64,000 nt of DNA, from the NCBI GenBank assembly GCA_013239625.1, contig MU053588.1, positions 1,017,988 through 1,081,987 of the forward strand, written 5' to 3'. Under the pieces are notes generated by a model. It did no database searches, was not told the DNA's origin, and was given only the letters and a program-made list of their open reading frames with translations. Positions 13,901-25,140 of the stretch are shown in pieces. The DNA is from Lama guanicoe. Taxonomy: Eukaryota. A program made the position numbers and the translations under genes. Position 1 is the stretch's first letter, and every line of letters begins with the position of its first letter.

Positions 13901-16900
13901 AGTGCAAAAGCTAGAAGCAATTCTGGAGCTCAGATCAATGGATACTTGAGCTGCTGGGGAAGTGGGGGAAAATGCATCACTTATATAGAGCTCACTGTGT
14001 TCCAGATACTATTTTAGGTACTTTATATGAATTATATGAGTTATGTTTATATTATATCATTGATTCTTTTCAACCACTCTCTGAAGTGGGTCCTTTTAGT
14101 CTTCCCATTTTGCAGTTAAGGAAACTGAGGCTGACGAGTTAAGTGACTTGCCCAAGGCTACAAAGGGAAAAAAAAAACCCGACCCAGTTAGAAGTTCTAG
14201 CTTCAAAGCCCATGCATTCCAGTGCTGTTCTACTACTCTGTCCTAGCCCTGCAGATCCTCACCCACCCAGGACCCTAAATCTCAGTATCCTGCAGGCTCA
14301 GGCTCTGGGAACCCAGCCTGGGCAGCTCAGGGCAGCTCACCGTGAGCAGATGCAGCAGGTCCTCGTTGGCACTGCAGGGGGGCTGTTGCCTCTGGAGGGC
14401 TGCCAGCTCCTGCAGCCGCAAGTAGAGGCTGTTGAGCTTCAGAAGGTGCAGGCGGCCGTCAGGCAACCTGTCTGGATGTGCCTCGTGCAGGGACACCAGG
14501 TCCTTGAGGTGCACACCCAGTAGAGGCAGCCGGAAGCCCGTGCAGCCAGCCCAGGCGCGGCGGTAACAGGCGTAGTTGTTGCGGGAGGCAAGGAGCTCAG
14601 TCAGCTCAAGCAGGGCCTGTGAGGGAGAGGCGTGTTACAGTAAGGGGTCATGTAATGGGGAAGCCAGTTTTCCCCCTAGCTCTCTGCAGGGGAGCATCCC
14701 AGCAGCCTCCTGTGTGGGCTCCAGACCCCCAGGACCCAATGGCATTTTGGATACCTCCCAGATCCCCTCCAGAGTCCCACGTTGGCTTCAGTATCTCCCT
14801 AGACTGCTCTTCTTCTTGGGCCCCCATCTGAGAAAGGCCTCACTATGTTCCATTTCCCAGGCTAGAGTGACTTTTTCAAAAACCCCAGTCTGATCAGGGG
14901 TGCTGTCATCATTCCCAAAGCTTTCCCCATTGCCCTCTGGATAAAGCCCAGACACCTTAGTTCAGCTTGCAGAAGGCTCAACAGGATTTCCCCTGGGTAT
15001 CTCCAGCCTAATATCCTGCCACATCCTGACCTCAGCTGCACACCAGACTCCTGAATGACTTACTCTCCCTAGACCCCTTCAGGACACCTCCAATCCATGC
15101 TCCTCCCATGGGTGGCCCAAATATCAGTGCCCCTGGGGGCATCATCTCACTCCCCACCTAGACTGCAAGTTCTCTGCTAGCATCTCTCCTGTCTCCCTCC
15201 ACTCCTGCTCAGGATCAGATACTGAGCATAGAGGGGTCAGCACCATGTCAGATTTGGAGGAGCCAGGTCTCCAGGTGGCTCCAGGGTGGAGGGGATTGGG
15301 GAGACGTGTGGAGGTTCAGGATAATTGACTGCTGGAACTTTGGGGAGGGCAGTGGGGTTTCACCTTGGTGCTGTCAGGGCTCAGGTGGGCGTGGGAGTCC
15401 TTGAGTCTGGAAATGGCACTGTGACATAGGCCCCCAGTGACTGCCATCAGCGTGTTGAAATTCTGTAGCTGGTGGAGCCTCTAGAAAGGGAAGGTGATGC
15501 AGAGGTGGTGGGTATCATGTGGAGGACAGGCAATGTGGAGATTCAAATGACAGCATCCCTGTTGAGTTGGGGTCTCAGGCATGTGTGTGGGTGGCCCAAT
15601 GTAGGCATTCGACAGGTGAGATGTATCAGGCAGGAGTGGGCTAAAGGCAGGTATGTGGGCATTTCATGGGGGGTCAGGCAGGTGATAGACTAATGAGAGG
15701 TTGGATAACAGTAGGGGGAGTCAGGTCAGTATGGGGAGTTGGACAGGTTTGGGGACCGACAGTTCTGTGCTAGACAGCTGTGGAGGATTCAGACAGATAT
15801 CAGTGTGTCGGGCACCTGGGCGGGGGGTGAGGTGGGGGTGTCCCTGCTCTGAGAGTCAGATAGGTAAGGGAGACAAGAAGGCTTGGGCTCTGGGCAGGAG
15901 TTGGGAACAGGGCGGAGGTGAATGGGTCCAGAGTGATATGGAGGGGTCAGGCGTACATGAGAGACAGTTGTGGGGTCAGGCTGTCATCAGGGGCGATAGC
16001 CTCACTTTCCCTTTTCTCAAGTTTGAAGGGTGGAGGTCGCTGAGGGGAAAAGGTGGGGCCAGAGAAGAGTGGAAGATGCTCAGATCGAGGAGCCTCCGGG
16101 CAGACGCCAGAAGCCCCTGGTCTAAAGGGCCGGGCAGGGGAAGCGCCAAAGGAAGGGCGTGGTCTGTGAGGAAGTACGCTAAGGGGCGTGGCCACTCTGG
16201 GGGAAGGAGGGCTTCCCTTTTCTCCAGAAGGCGGGGAATGTATCTCGAAGAGAGGGGGAAGGGAGGGGAGGGGTCAGAGGAGACCTGAAGTGATAGGGAC
16301 GGCTGGGGCCTAGGGACCCCGGTAGGGCATAACTCAAAGGTGAGGGTATGAAAGGGCCTCTTCCTTTACTGCCCTGGAGATGGAATATTCGGGCACGGGG
16401 CTTAGGTACGAGGCCAGGAGGAAAGTCGTCTAGGACCAAGGGGTGGGACCAGGGCGGTTTTGACGGGATGAAATAAGGCCATGGAAGAAGTGCCGTCACA
16501 GTCCCTGGTTAGAACCGCCGGACTGAGTCCTCGGGGACCCGGGCAGGTGAGACGTGATGCGAGAGGGCGGGGCCAGGAGGTAGTGACGTCACCTCCGGGG
16601 AGATCAGGCGCGGCGGGAGAGCGCAGGGTCAAGGTCAGCTTCTCCCAGCCTGGTTCGGCGAGTGCTCAGAGAGCGAGCCGAGCTTTGGGGCAGGTCTCAC
16701 CTGTGCCACGTGGATGAACTTCTCCAGCACCTGAGCGCGCTGTGCGGGCCCGGGACGGCTCAGCACCATGACCTGCACCCAGCGGGACACGCTGTTGCTG
16801 AGACCTACGGAACCCTCCAGGGCCGGACAACCCCGCACGGAACCCTGCAAAACGTAGCCCCGCAGGTCCTGGGGCTGGGGGTGAGGTGGGCTTTAGGGTG

Positions 16901-19900
16901 GGTCGTGGCGCTCAGGTCCTGGCCCCCACACGCCCATCTCCCAAGCAGTCAAGACCTCTGACGTCTTAGCCTGGCTGTCACATGTCTCTGAGGTCACCAT
17001 GTCCCTCTCCCATCTGAGGAGAAATGTTTGAAGAAACCCAGGCACTAGTCTGAGCCCTTTGTTATATCCTGACAACAACTCTATGAAGTGAATACTATAT
17101 TATTACCATTTTAGAAATGAGGTCGTTGAAGCACAGAGAGGCCAAATAATTTCCCCAGGGTCACACAGGCCTGAGTCAGGGTAGGAACCCAGTCTGTTGC
17201 TCTTGGCTGTATTCCTGACTGTATACAGTCAGCAAAGGGAGGGGCAGTGAAGAGGAAAAGAAACCAACTTCTATTTGTTCTGCTTAAGGGGTCAACGTTC
17301 CATACCCACATCCACTGCACTCTGTGTGTGTCTGTACAATTGGGAAATTTTCACATTAAGGAACCAGATGGGGGGTGGAGGGTGGGAAGGGATAGACCAG
17401 GATTTCAAAATTGTAGAATAGATAAACAAGATTATACTGTATAGCACAGGGAGATATACACAAAATGTTATGGTAGCTCACAGAGAAAAAAATGTGACAA
17501 TGAGTGTGTATATGTCCATGTATGACTGAAAAATTGTGCTGAACACTGGAATTTGACACATCGTAAAATGATTTAAATCAATAAAAATGTTTAAAAAAAA
17601 AAGGAACCAGATCCCTAACAGCCCTCAAAATAATTATGACAAGATGGCAATTGCTAAACACATATATAGGTTGAAGCATTTGAAATTAAGATTTGGGAAA
17701 TATGGCAAAATATCACAGTTTCAAATGGTGCAACTAGATCATATTTACTCTGGACCAGGCACTGATCCTATGAGGCAGGAGCTAAGTCTCCTTTTTGCAG
17801 ATAACAGAGCTGAGGTACAGTGAATTTCAATGCTTCTCAAATAAATGAGTAATAATAAAATATTTTGAGCACTACTATGTGCCAGGCACTGTGATAAGGA
17901 TTTTTATGTGGACATATTAATTTAATTCCCCCAACCACCCAATGAAGTATTTGACCTCCTTTTTACAAACGAGAAAACTGCGCCCCAGAGAGGTTGAGAA
18001 ACTAGTTCAAAGTTACACAGATAGGAAGGAGCTGATGGGATTTGAACCCAGGGGCTCTGTGCTCAGCCAGCCTAACTCTTTTTCCTGGACCCTCTAGCAC
18101 CCAAGTCTGAGAGTTTGTGATCCCTGCCCAGGCCAGGGTCCTCTCAGTCTGGCCTGGCCCCAGCCAGGTTCCATCCCACCCCAAGCCCTCCCCAGTGTAG
18201 AGGAGAGGGGTCCTTACTGTGATAGCCTGGAAGGACCGGAACTCCAGGTAAGTTAGGTGCTCTGCCAGTTCTCCCGTCTCCAGGTGATCAAAAAGCAAGG
18301 ACACTTTGCGCTTTTTGCCCAGGCCTGGGCTGCTCACAGGGGGTGGGGGGCCAGGGCCACCCGGGCTCAGCCTAGGGGTCAGGAGGGGCAGGGTATTGGA
18401 GGGTCTCAGGGTGGAGGGTGTGGGGGTGTGGAGGGAGGAGGCAGAGTTGGGGTGGGGAGGGAAGGAGAAGGGGCTGACTCACAGGTTAGAGAAGTCTCCC
18501 AGGATCCTCTGGGCTGAGTTGCCCTCCTGCTCCACGGTGGCCCAGAAGCGACCTATGACCTCTTCTAACTGGGGCTCCTGGTGCACCATCTCAGGGTGTT
18601 GGGTCAGCCAGTACCTGACGGAGGTTTAGAGATGATGGGATGAGGCTGGGGGTGTGGCAGTTCTCTGAAAGGGGTCTCTTGGGCTGAGGGGTCTCTAGGT
18701 GCTGGGCAAGGGGGTCTCTAACTGTGAGCAGGGGTTTCTTTGAAAGTCCAGAGTTCAGACAGAAGGGAGAGTCTCTGGGAGTAGGATTGGGGGCCTCTTA
18801 ACACAGGCTGAAGGATCTGTGGAAGATAGACTGGGGGGTCTCTTGGAAGTGGGGTGCCTAGGGAGCTGGCTAGTGGGTGGTCTCAGGAATTAGATTGGGG
18901 GCCCTTGTGGGTGAGATTTGTGGGGAACAGGGTGAGGGGTCTTAGAAGCTAAGCTGAGGTATATGGGAGGTGAGGGTCTTAGGGATCAGAGCTGGAGGTC
19001 TCAGCGTACCAGCTGGAAGAGAGCCCAGAGGATCTGGTCAGGGGTCTCTAAGAGGTGAGGGTTCTAAGGAGACTGGGAGGGTTTTAGGAACCAACCCAGG
19101 TGGGTATGAGAAGTAGGATTTGGGGGAGCATGGCTGGGTGGATCTGTAGGGAACTGGACTGGAGTCTCTTGGAAGTGTTTTTCGGGGGGCAGTAGGGTGA
19201 GGCTCTTGGGTCATGGAGTGGAGGTTTTGACCCAGCCTTACCGGACCAGGTGACAGATCTGCAGCCTCCTCAGCTCCTGCGTGTTCCCTGTGGCCTCCTG
19301 GTACTTGAGTTCTGGTCAAGGCTCTGTTATCCAGCATCCCAGACCTGTTGGCTCCTCTGTCCCCATCTCCCAGGCTCCCACATCTCTGCCTTCCACCCTC
19401 TACCCCCTGCTTATGGCCCCAGGAGGATATAAGGTCAGCAGACGGGCAGCAAGATGGGCAGAAGGCAGTACCCAGCTGTGCATGGCCAGTACCATGTTGA
19501 GAATGTGGTCCCCGCGGCGCAGGCTGCCAGCTGAGTCTGAGGGCAGGGGAAGGGGACTGTGTGTCAGAATAGCCCCTAAGCCATGGACTGCATAGCTTTC
19601 AGAGCCAGGTGGACCGCCTCGTTCAAACCCCAGCCCTACCAGTGACTCCCTACATGAATTTGGGCCAACAAATTGACTCCTTGTGCCTCAGTTTCCTTGT
19701 GAATAGTGTGTGTGCATGGACCAGCATTATGCCTGGCAAGTCATATTGAAGATGGAAATAGCATCAGACTTCCTCCCCCACCCACAGCTCAGGAAAAAGA
19801 AATGCAGGTGTCTCTCTTATTCCTAATGTAGTGATTGAGATTCATTCCACACACTCCTGCTCCCATGTTATACCCCTCCTCCCAAATTGAGGCATGAAGG

Positions 19901-22467
19901 GAGGTGGGTACTTGGCCCAACCTTACCATTGCAGAGGCCAGCCAAGGAGGAGGACACTCACCAAAGGACTGAATGCATTTCTCCAGCAGCTCATCTTCGC
20001 TGCAGCCGCCCTCATTCAGCACGCCCAGAGCCATGGAAGACATGACCTTGCTGATTTCCCGGGGGCTGGGGCATGTCTTGTGGCGGCGGGCTTGTCGGGC
20101 CCGTCCCCGCCCCCCTATCTTCTCTGGGCATTCCTGGTGGGACTTCCTGTGGGCACATCCCCCAGGGAATCATGGGAGCCCCTTCCTTTGGGCAGACCCC
20201 CAGAATTCTTGACCCCAAAGCCCCAAAGCTTCGTGGGAGAAACTTCCTAAAGATAAGGTCCTAGGGTTAGTCCTGACCTACCCTGGATTCAGGAGAGAAA
20301 ACCCCAGGAATATTCCAGATCATTCCAGCCTTCTCCTACAAATAAACTCCAAGGGTTACTCCCGCCCTCTTCAGGGAATCAGGGGACAGTACCCTCAATA
20401 CCTAATTGACAGCCCCCCCAACCAGGGAATCATGGGAGATGATCCCCAGGACTACTAAGGTTCCTTCAGGGAATCATAAGAACTCCCTCCTCCAGGCATT
20501 GCCCTCCAAGTCCCCTTGACTGTATGGTCCCAGGGCATCATGGGAGACGGGTTACTCCTGACCTCCAAGGGAATCATGGGAGAAGACCCCCCAGGATCAT
20601 TCCTGTCCTCCCCAGGAGGAATCATGGGTGGTTCTGCCTTCAGGGACACTCCTCAGAATACCCTTTTGCTCTCCAACACCCACCCCCTCCTCCCCCAGCC
20701 CTCATGAGAGAAGCAGACCCCTGAGATTCCATCTCTCCCTCCCCCACCTTGACCCTGACTAAGCTGACAGACCCTTCCCACAAGTCAGCCTTTCAGCAGG
20801 ACCCGTGTCTCAGCCGTAAGCCTGGTCTCTAGATTTGGAGCCTGGAGAGAAGATACAGGTGTAACGTGGCCTCAGCAAGGCTCTTCAGAGCTGGGCGGGT
20901 CCCTGGGGCTGAGGCAGCTTCAAGGAAAGTTTAAAAATAAACCTTACTCTGTCTTGTGCCTGCCCGAGGCTCCTGTTCCAGTTGGGGAAAGAGACTAATA
21001 GAAAGACAGGGATGGTGGAGGAAGGAGGGAGCAAAATCCAGGCAGGATGGCCCTGGCTTCCACAAGAGTCAGACAAAACCAAGTTGGAGACACTTATGTT
21101 GGCTGTGTGACTTTGTGTTAATCACAACATTTCTCTGGACCTCAGTTTCCTTGTATGAAAAGTGAGAGTCATCCTTGGACCTTCCCCAGGAATTTATTAT
21201 GAACATTCAATGCCTTGCTCTTCAAAAGTGCTAAATAAGGGATTTAATTTGCTTAGGCTGTTAAGTGGCCAGAGGTGGGAAAGTTAAACTTGAGATGCAG
21301 AGAGAGAATGTGATAGAGTGAACTAGAAGCCAGGCCGGGGGCATGGGGGTGAGCCCTCATAACAAGGCATTGCCATGTCCCTGGCACATCCTAAAAGCTC
21401 AGTAAATCAGTATTCTTATTTCTATTTTTTTTTTCAGTAAATCAGTATTGAATGTTGCCAAGTAACAGCTGGCATTCATTGAGTGCTGACTGTTTACCGA
21501 GCAGACGGCTGAGCACCTATCTAGATCAGTGGTTCTCAAAGCAGGGTCTCCAACCAATACCAAGGGCATCACCCGGGAACCTGATATAAATACAAAATCT
21601 CAGGCTCCACCCCAGACCTACAGAATCAGAAACGTTGGAGGTGAGCCCAGCAGCCTGTGTTTTACAAGCCCTCCAAGTGGTTCTGATGTTTGCTTACACT
21701 TGAGAAGTAGAGGTCTAGACTGTACCACTGGGGCTTATGTGCTCCACCAAGGAGGCATTATGATCATTCTATTGACAGAAGAAACTGAGGCACAGAGCAG
21801 TTAAGTGACTTAACTATGGTTACACAGCTGGAAAATGAGGCAATCTGGTCTCCACCGCTAAACTCCTGGACATGATGGGTATGGGACCCTTTGCTCATCA
21901 GAGATCCTGGGGGTGGGCAGAAGGGCTACCCAGGCTAGGAATCCAGCCACCATCGCCCCTGTGAGGACAGGAGGGCAAGCTTGTGCAGGTGATAGGGAAG
22001 TCTATTCTAGAACATGCTGGCATAGCCAGCTGCTAGGATCTTACCTGAGGACTGTCTGCCCAGGAGTAGTTTAAGAGGCAAGGGAGCCGCCTTGCCCTGC
22101 GTCACTCCCCCCCCCCCCCCCCCNNNNNNNNNNNNNNNNNNNNNNNNNNNNNNNNNNNNNNNNNNNNNNGGGGGGGGAGGGGCGGCGGCACAAGGAGAAT
22201 GGGATCAGAGCAGCTCCAGCTCCAGAGATAGTGAGGATAAGACACACCCCATGCAGACAGCCCCAGCCCTAGCTGGCTCTGGACCCCTTGAAGCATCTTT
22301 CCACCTGGCACCCCCTGCTCCTGCTGCTGCTCCAGAGTGTAGCGGGACACCTTACGCGCTGGTTAGTACCTCCCGAATCTTCCCATGCAGCCAGAGACCC
22401 CGGGGCTTGGGACGCTCCTGGTCCTTTGGGGAGGGTCCTCTCACCTCTTGCTGTCTTTCCGGTTCAT
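10820..22467 (-). CDS. RASGRP4: RAS guanyl-releasing protein 4 (REM, CDC25 GEF, EF-hand, C1 domains); 650 aa here because of a TGA in exon 16 (673 aa to the ancestral stop at 10300)
   Basis: complement join(22445-22467,19962-20146,19431-19536,19242-19304,18483-18614,18218-18371,16701-16874,15364-15480,14341-14616,12741-12821,12557-12661,12346-12464,12106-12250,11264-11300,11024-11158,10820-10920); starts [24 protein letters not shown] and [13 protein letters not shown] motifs. Confidence 0.95.
11024..11158 (-). CDS. RASGRP4: RASGRP4 exon 15 (C1 domain end)
   Basis: [26 protein letters not shown]...PHASC. Confidence 0.93.
11264..11300 (-). CDS. RASGRP4: RASGRP4 exon 14 (C1 domain)
   Basis: [20 protein letters not shown]. 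Confidence 0.92.
12106..12250 (-). CDS. RASGRP4: RASGRP4 exon 13 (C1 domain start)
   Basis: [48 protein letters not shown]. Confidence 0.93.
12346..12464 (-). CDS. RASGRP4: RASGRP4 exon 12 (EF-hand)
   Basis: [36 protein letters not shown] acceptor. Confidence 0.92.
12557..12661 (-). CDS. RASGRP4: RASGRP4 exon 11
   Basis: [35 protein letters not shown]. Confidence 0.93.
12741..12821 (-). CDS. RASGRP4: RASGRP4 exon 10
   Basis: [27 protein letters not shown]. Confidence 0.93.
12990..13263 (+). mobile_element. L2 3' end; boundaries approximate
   Basis: ...gctcactgctgtgagcctaagtgcc...gcctggctcccagcaagtgctcagtaaatatttg. Confidence 0.65.
13590..14230. mobile_element. Two MIR SINEs in opposite orientation; boundaries approximate
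   Basis: gggcaagtgaccttacctccgtgggcctcagttttccaatctgtagaatggg (+) and cccattttgcagttaaggaaactgaggctg (-). Confidence 0.7.
14341..14616 (-). CDS. RASGRP4: RASGRP4 exon 9 (CDC25 domain)
   Basis: [22 protein letters not shown]...[13 protein letters not shown]...NEDLLHLLT. Confidence 0.95.
15364..15480 (-). CDS. RASGRP4: RASGRP4 exon 8 (CDC25 domain)
   Basis: [39 protein letters not shown]. Confidence 0.95.
16701..16874 (-). CDS. RASGRP4: RASGRP4 exon 7 (CDC25 domain)
   Basis: [42 protein letters not shown]...KFIHVAQ. Confidence 0.95.
17370..17600 (+). mobile_element. Young 5'-truncated LINE-1 3' end with poly(A) tail and perfect 12-bp TSD
   Basis: aaggaaccagat at 17358-17369 and 17601-17612; tatactgtatagcacaggg motif typical of artiodactyl L1 3'UTRs; AATAAA then A-run. 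Confidence 0.85.
18218..18371 (-). CDS. RASGRP4: RASGRP4 exon 6
   Basis: [51 protein letters not shown]. Confidence 0.95.
18483..18614 (-). CDS. RASGRP4: RASGRP4 exon 5 (REM domain)
   Basis: [43 protein letters not shown]. Confidence 0.93.
19242..19304 (-). CDS. RASGRP4: RASGRP4 exon 4 (REM domain)
   Basis: [21 protein letters not shown]; follows the U12-type intron. Confidence 0.88.
19305..19430 (-). other. RASGRP4: U12-type (minor spliceosome) intron 3 of RASGRP4, 126 nt, AT...AA termini
   Basis: 5' site ATATCCTCC; branch CCTTGAC (19315-19321) with the branch A 11 nt from the 3' end; frame preserved only with the AA terminus. Confidence 0.8.
19431..19536 (-). CDS. RASGRP4: RASGRP4 exon 3 (REM domain)
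   Basis: [34 protein letters not shown]. Confidence 0.9.
19962..20146 (-). CDS. RASGRP4: RASGRP4 exon 2
   Basis: [41 protein letters not shown]...[11 protein letters not shown]. Confidence 0.95.
21527..21712. mobile_element. MER5A-like hAT-Charlie non-autonomous DNA transposon
   Basis: Starts cagtggttctcaaa; internal ccccagacctacagaatcagaa; flanked by 8-bp atctagat / gtctagac; ~186 bp. Confidence 0.8.
22124..22169. other. Assembly gap (46 N) between poly-C and poly-G runs, RASGRP4 intron 1
   Basis: N run seen directly. Confidence 0.99.
22445..22467 (-). CDS. RASGRP4: RASGRP4 exon 1 (coding part)
   Basis: ATG AAC CGG AAA GAC AGC AAG AG|GTGAG = MNRKDSKR. Confidence 0.93.
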
Positions 22468-22469
22468 GC

Positions 22470-22760
22470 TTCCTCGGGGTTGGCAGGGAGGTGGTCTTGC
22501 AAGAGTGTGGCTCAGCTCCTCCCCCTTCACCAATGCTCCAGCTTCAAAGCCCCTTGGGAGCTGGGGCCTCCTCGGCGCTTGGGAAGGAAAGAGGAACTGC
22601 CCCTCCCCACCCAGCCCCAGGCCAGGGGGAAGGAAGAGGCTGGGGAGAGACCAAAGGTCCCCCTCCCCCCACACGGGGATCCCTTCAGGCTGAGGTTTCC
22701 GGTGCTGCCGGCCCCCACCCCCAATCAGCCAGCGGGCTCTCTATCTCCCCCATCTTTCTG
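22470..22760 (-). promoter_or_regulatory. RASGRP4 5'UTR and proximal promoter with candidate PU.1/ETS and CCAAT sites
   Basis: AAAGAGGAACT (PU-box-like) at 22588-22598; TTTCCGG near 22696; CCAAT at 22721; immediately upstream of the ATG. Confidence 0.5.
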
Positions 22761-23149
22761 TCTCTAGACCCATGATTCTCGATTCTGTCACTCATACTTA
22801 AATAAAAGCAGGTTTTTGCAAAAAGTATGCCTAATATTACACATTTATGTAAACACACTCTAAAGAAAAGTCCAAACTTCTGTGAGGACATAGTTATAAA
22901 TAATAATACACAAAGATTTAATTGGAAAGTCACAAGACCTAGTCTTTTGTATATTTCTTCTTGTATTTCTTTCATTTCTAGCTTAGTTTTAATACCACTT
23001 GTACCGCAGAAAACATTTTCACTTTATTACTTTCATTGTAACAAACCTTTCTGTAGTGCTTTCTGTGCACCACACACTGTTCTAAGGGCTTTTAAGATAT
23101 TGACTTGGTTAATCCTCACACAATCTTAAAGACTTATCTTTAAAAAATT

Positions 23150-23960
23150 ATTTGTTGATTTATTTTTTAAGTTGAAGTATAGTCAGTTACAATGTGTCAA
23201 TTTCTGGTGTACAACACAATGTCCCAGTTGGTCTGTTATTATGGAAACATTGCAGATGGAAATAAGCCCTCTGGAAGTCCCCTCCCCATCCCACTGTCCC
23301 TCTTAGGGAGGGGTGGCCAATATCAGACATGGTTGGGTTTCATCCCATCTGTTGGCTGTGCGTTTAAGTACATAAAAACGTGCTAATAGAAACATAGACT
23401 TCTCTTTTGAGTATGTGCGCTGTTTTCTTTTAACTAAATGTGTCATGCTTGACATATTTTTAAGTTGAAGTGCACAAAAGAGTCAAATCATAAGTGTTTA
23501 GATTAATGATGGTTACAAACTGAACATGTCCATGCGATATTCACACACATCAAGAAACAGAACGTTCTTATCCCCCGCAAAGCCCCCTTGTGCCCCTTCC
23601 TAGTAAGTCACCACTAGCCTGATTTCTAGCAGAGTGGTTTTGCCCAGTTTTGAGCTGTATTTAAATGGAATCATCTGTCATGTCTGGCTTCTTTCATTCA
23701 CCATAATGTCTTTGTGATTCTTCCACGTTATTCTGTTTAGTTGTAGCTTATTCCTTTGGTTGCTGTCTAGTTTTCCGTCATGTGAGTATTCCATGGCTTT
23801 TTGATCGATTTTCCCATGATGGACATTTGAGTTGTTTCCAGTTTCGGGCTGCTATGAATCACGCTGCTGTGATCATTCTCGCACCTGTGTGTTGGTGAAT
23901 GCTATGGTGTGTAGCTTTGTAGGGTAGCTACCCAGGAGTGGAATAAATGGTCACAGTACT
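23150..23960 (-). mobile_element. L1 3'-end fragments, antisense; boundaries approximate
   Basis: tttttaagttgaagtatagtcagttacaatg; atggacatttgagttgtttccagtttcgggctgctatgaat; cccaggagtggaat. Confidence 0.7.
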
Positions 23961-24409
23961 TGGTATGATTCTGCCACACCTAGTAAGTGAGTCAGTTCAA
24001 CTAAAGCTCTCTTAGAAGTGTATTTTTGCTTCTCTCTTTTCACAGAAAGAAGTCACCACGGATGTTTTTTTCAGACCAGAACATTTAGACAAGCACCAAG
24101 CCCATTCTCTCTAACTTTTCCATTAATGACATGCCTTATGAGTTTCAGACCCTCTCTCTCCATCTTTCCTCCTCCTGCCTTTCCTCTTCTCTCTCCTCTA
24201 GTCTCCAGGGCGCTCTCTGTGATGTACTGTCTGTCAGCCTCTCAGCCTATCTCCTCAGCACCTGCATCACAGGAGGTGATGTAACGGCTGTGACTGAGCT
24301 GAGCTTGTAGTGGGAGAGGGTCTCCAGGCCCCTGGGTCTCAGGGAAGCCTGAGGGAGGGAGATGGGAAAAGGCTCTGGCACTGGTATGGGGGATGGTTAA
24401 TGCCAACAA

Positions 24410-25140
24410 TAACACCTACAACCACAAAGGAAAGGCTTCTGAAGCAAATCATAAAAACTCATAAGTCAGAAAAAGGATGCATCTGGTAACATCCAAATAA
24501 AGATTTCTTTTGATGAGGCCGCCATGGAACAAATACCAGATGACAGAGAGGAAAAACTGTATTTAACATGTCTAACATCAAGGGGAAATTAATCTCTGGA
24601 ATGTAAAAGGAACAACTACAAGTCAGCAAGGAAAAAAAGACAGCAACTGAGATAGGAAAATGGGCAAAGAGGATGATCAGGTGTTGATGAGCTCCAAAAC
24701 TCTAACCAGCACCTGAGAAAATGCTAGAAATTACTGGTAAGAGATCAGGTAAGTGCAAGTTGAAACAACAGTGAGTCATCCTCTTGATCTGGCAAAAATT
24801 AGAAGTTGGAAGATGCCAAGTGGAGGTCGGGGCTGGAGGGACCTAGGAACCCCTCATGTGCTGATAGCGGACAGCCACTCTGAGGGCCACTTGGCACCAC
24901 ATAGTCAGATTAAGTGTCTGTGTGGAGCTATGACCTAGCAATTAGTTCCTGGATGTGCACATTGAGACGTTCCACTGGGGGACATACACAAGGATGTTCA
25001 CTGCAACGTTATTTTGGGGGAGCTAGACAGTAGACAGAAGGGGACAGTCACCAGGGAGGCCTGAAAAGCCCCCACAGCCACAGACCAGGTGTCCACAGAG
25101 CAACATGGGTAGATCCTAAAACACATAATGATGACTGACC
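24410..25140 (+). mobile_element. Old L1 (L1M-type) ORF2/3' fragment; boundaries approximate
   Basis: A-rich; aaaatgggcaaagagg; caaggatgttcactgcaacgttatt. Confidence 0.6.

Noticed and set aside
20163..20628. Repeat-spacer pattern resembling a CRISPR array
   Set aside because: Repeats are only 12-15 bp, degenerate and irregularly spaced, inside a mammalian intron with no cas genes.
10300..22467. RASGRP4 as a pseudogene
   Set aside because: The first 650 codons are open with intact splice sites and all domains. The apparent exon 3/4 frameshift is explained by a U12 intron, and the stop removes only 23 residues.
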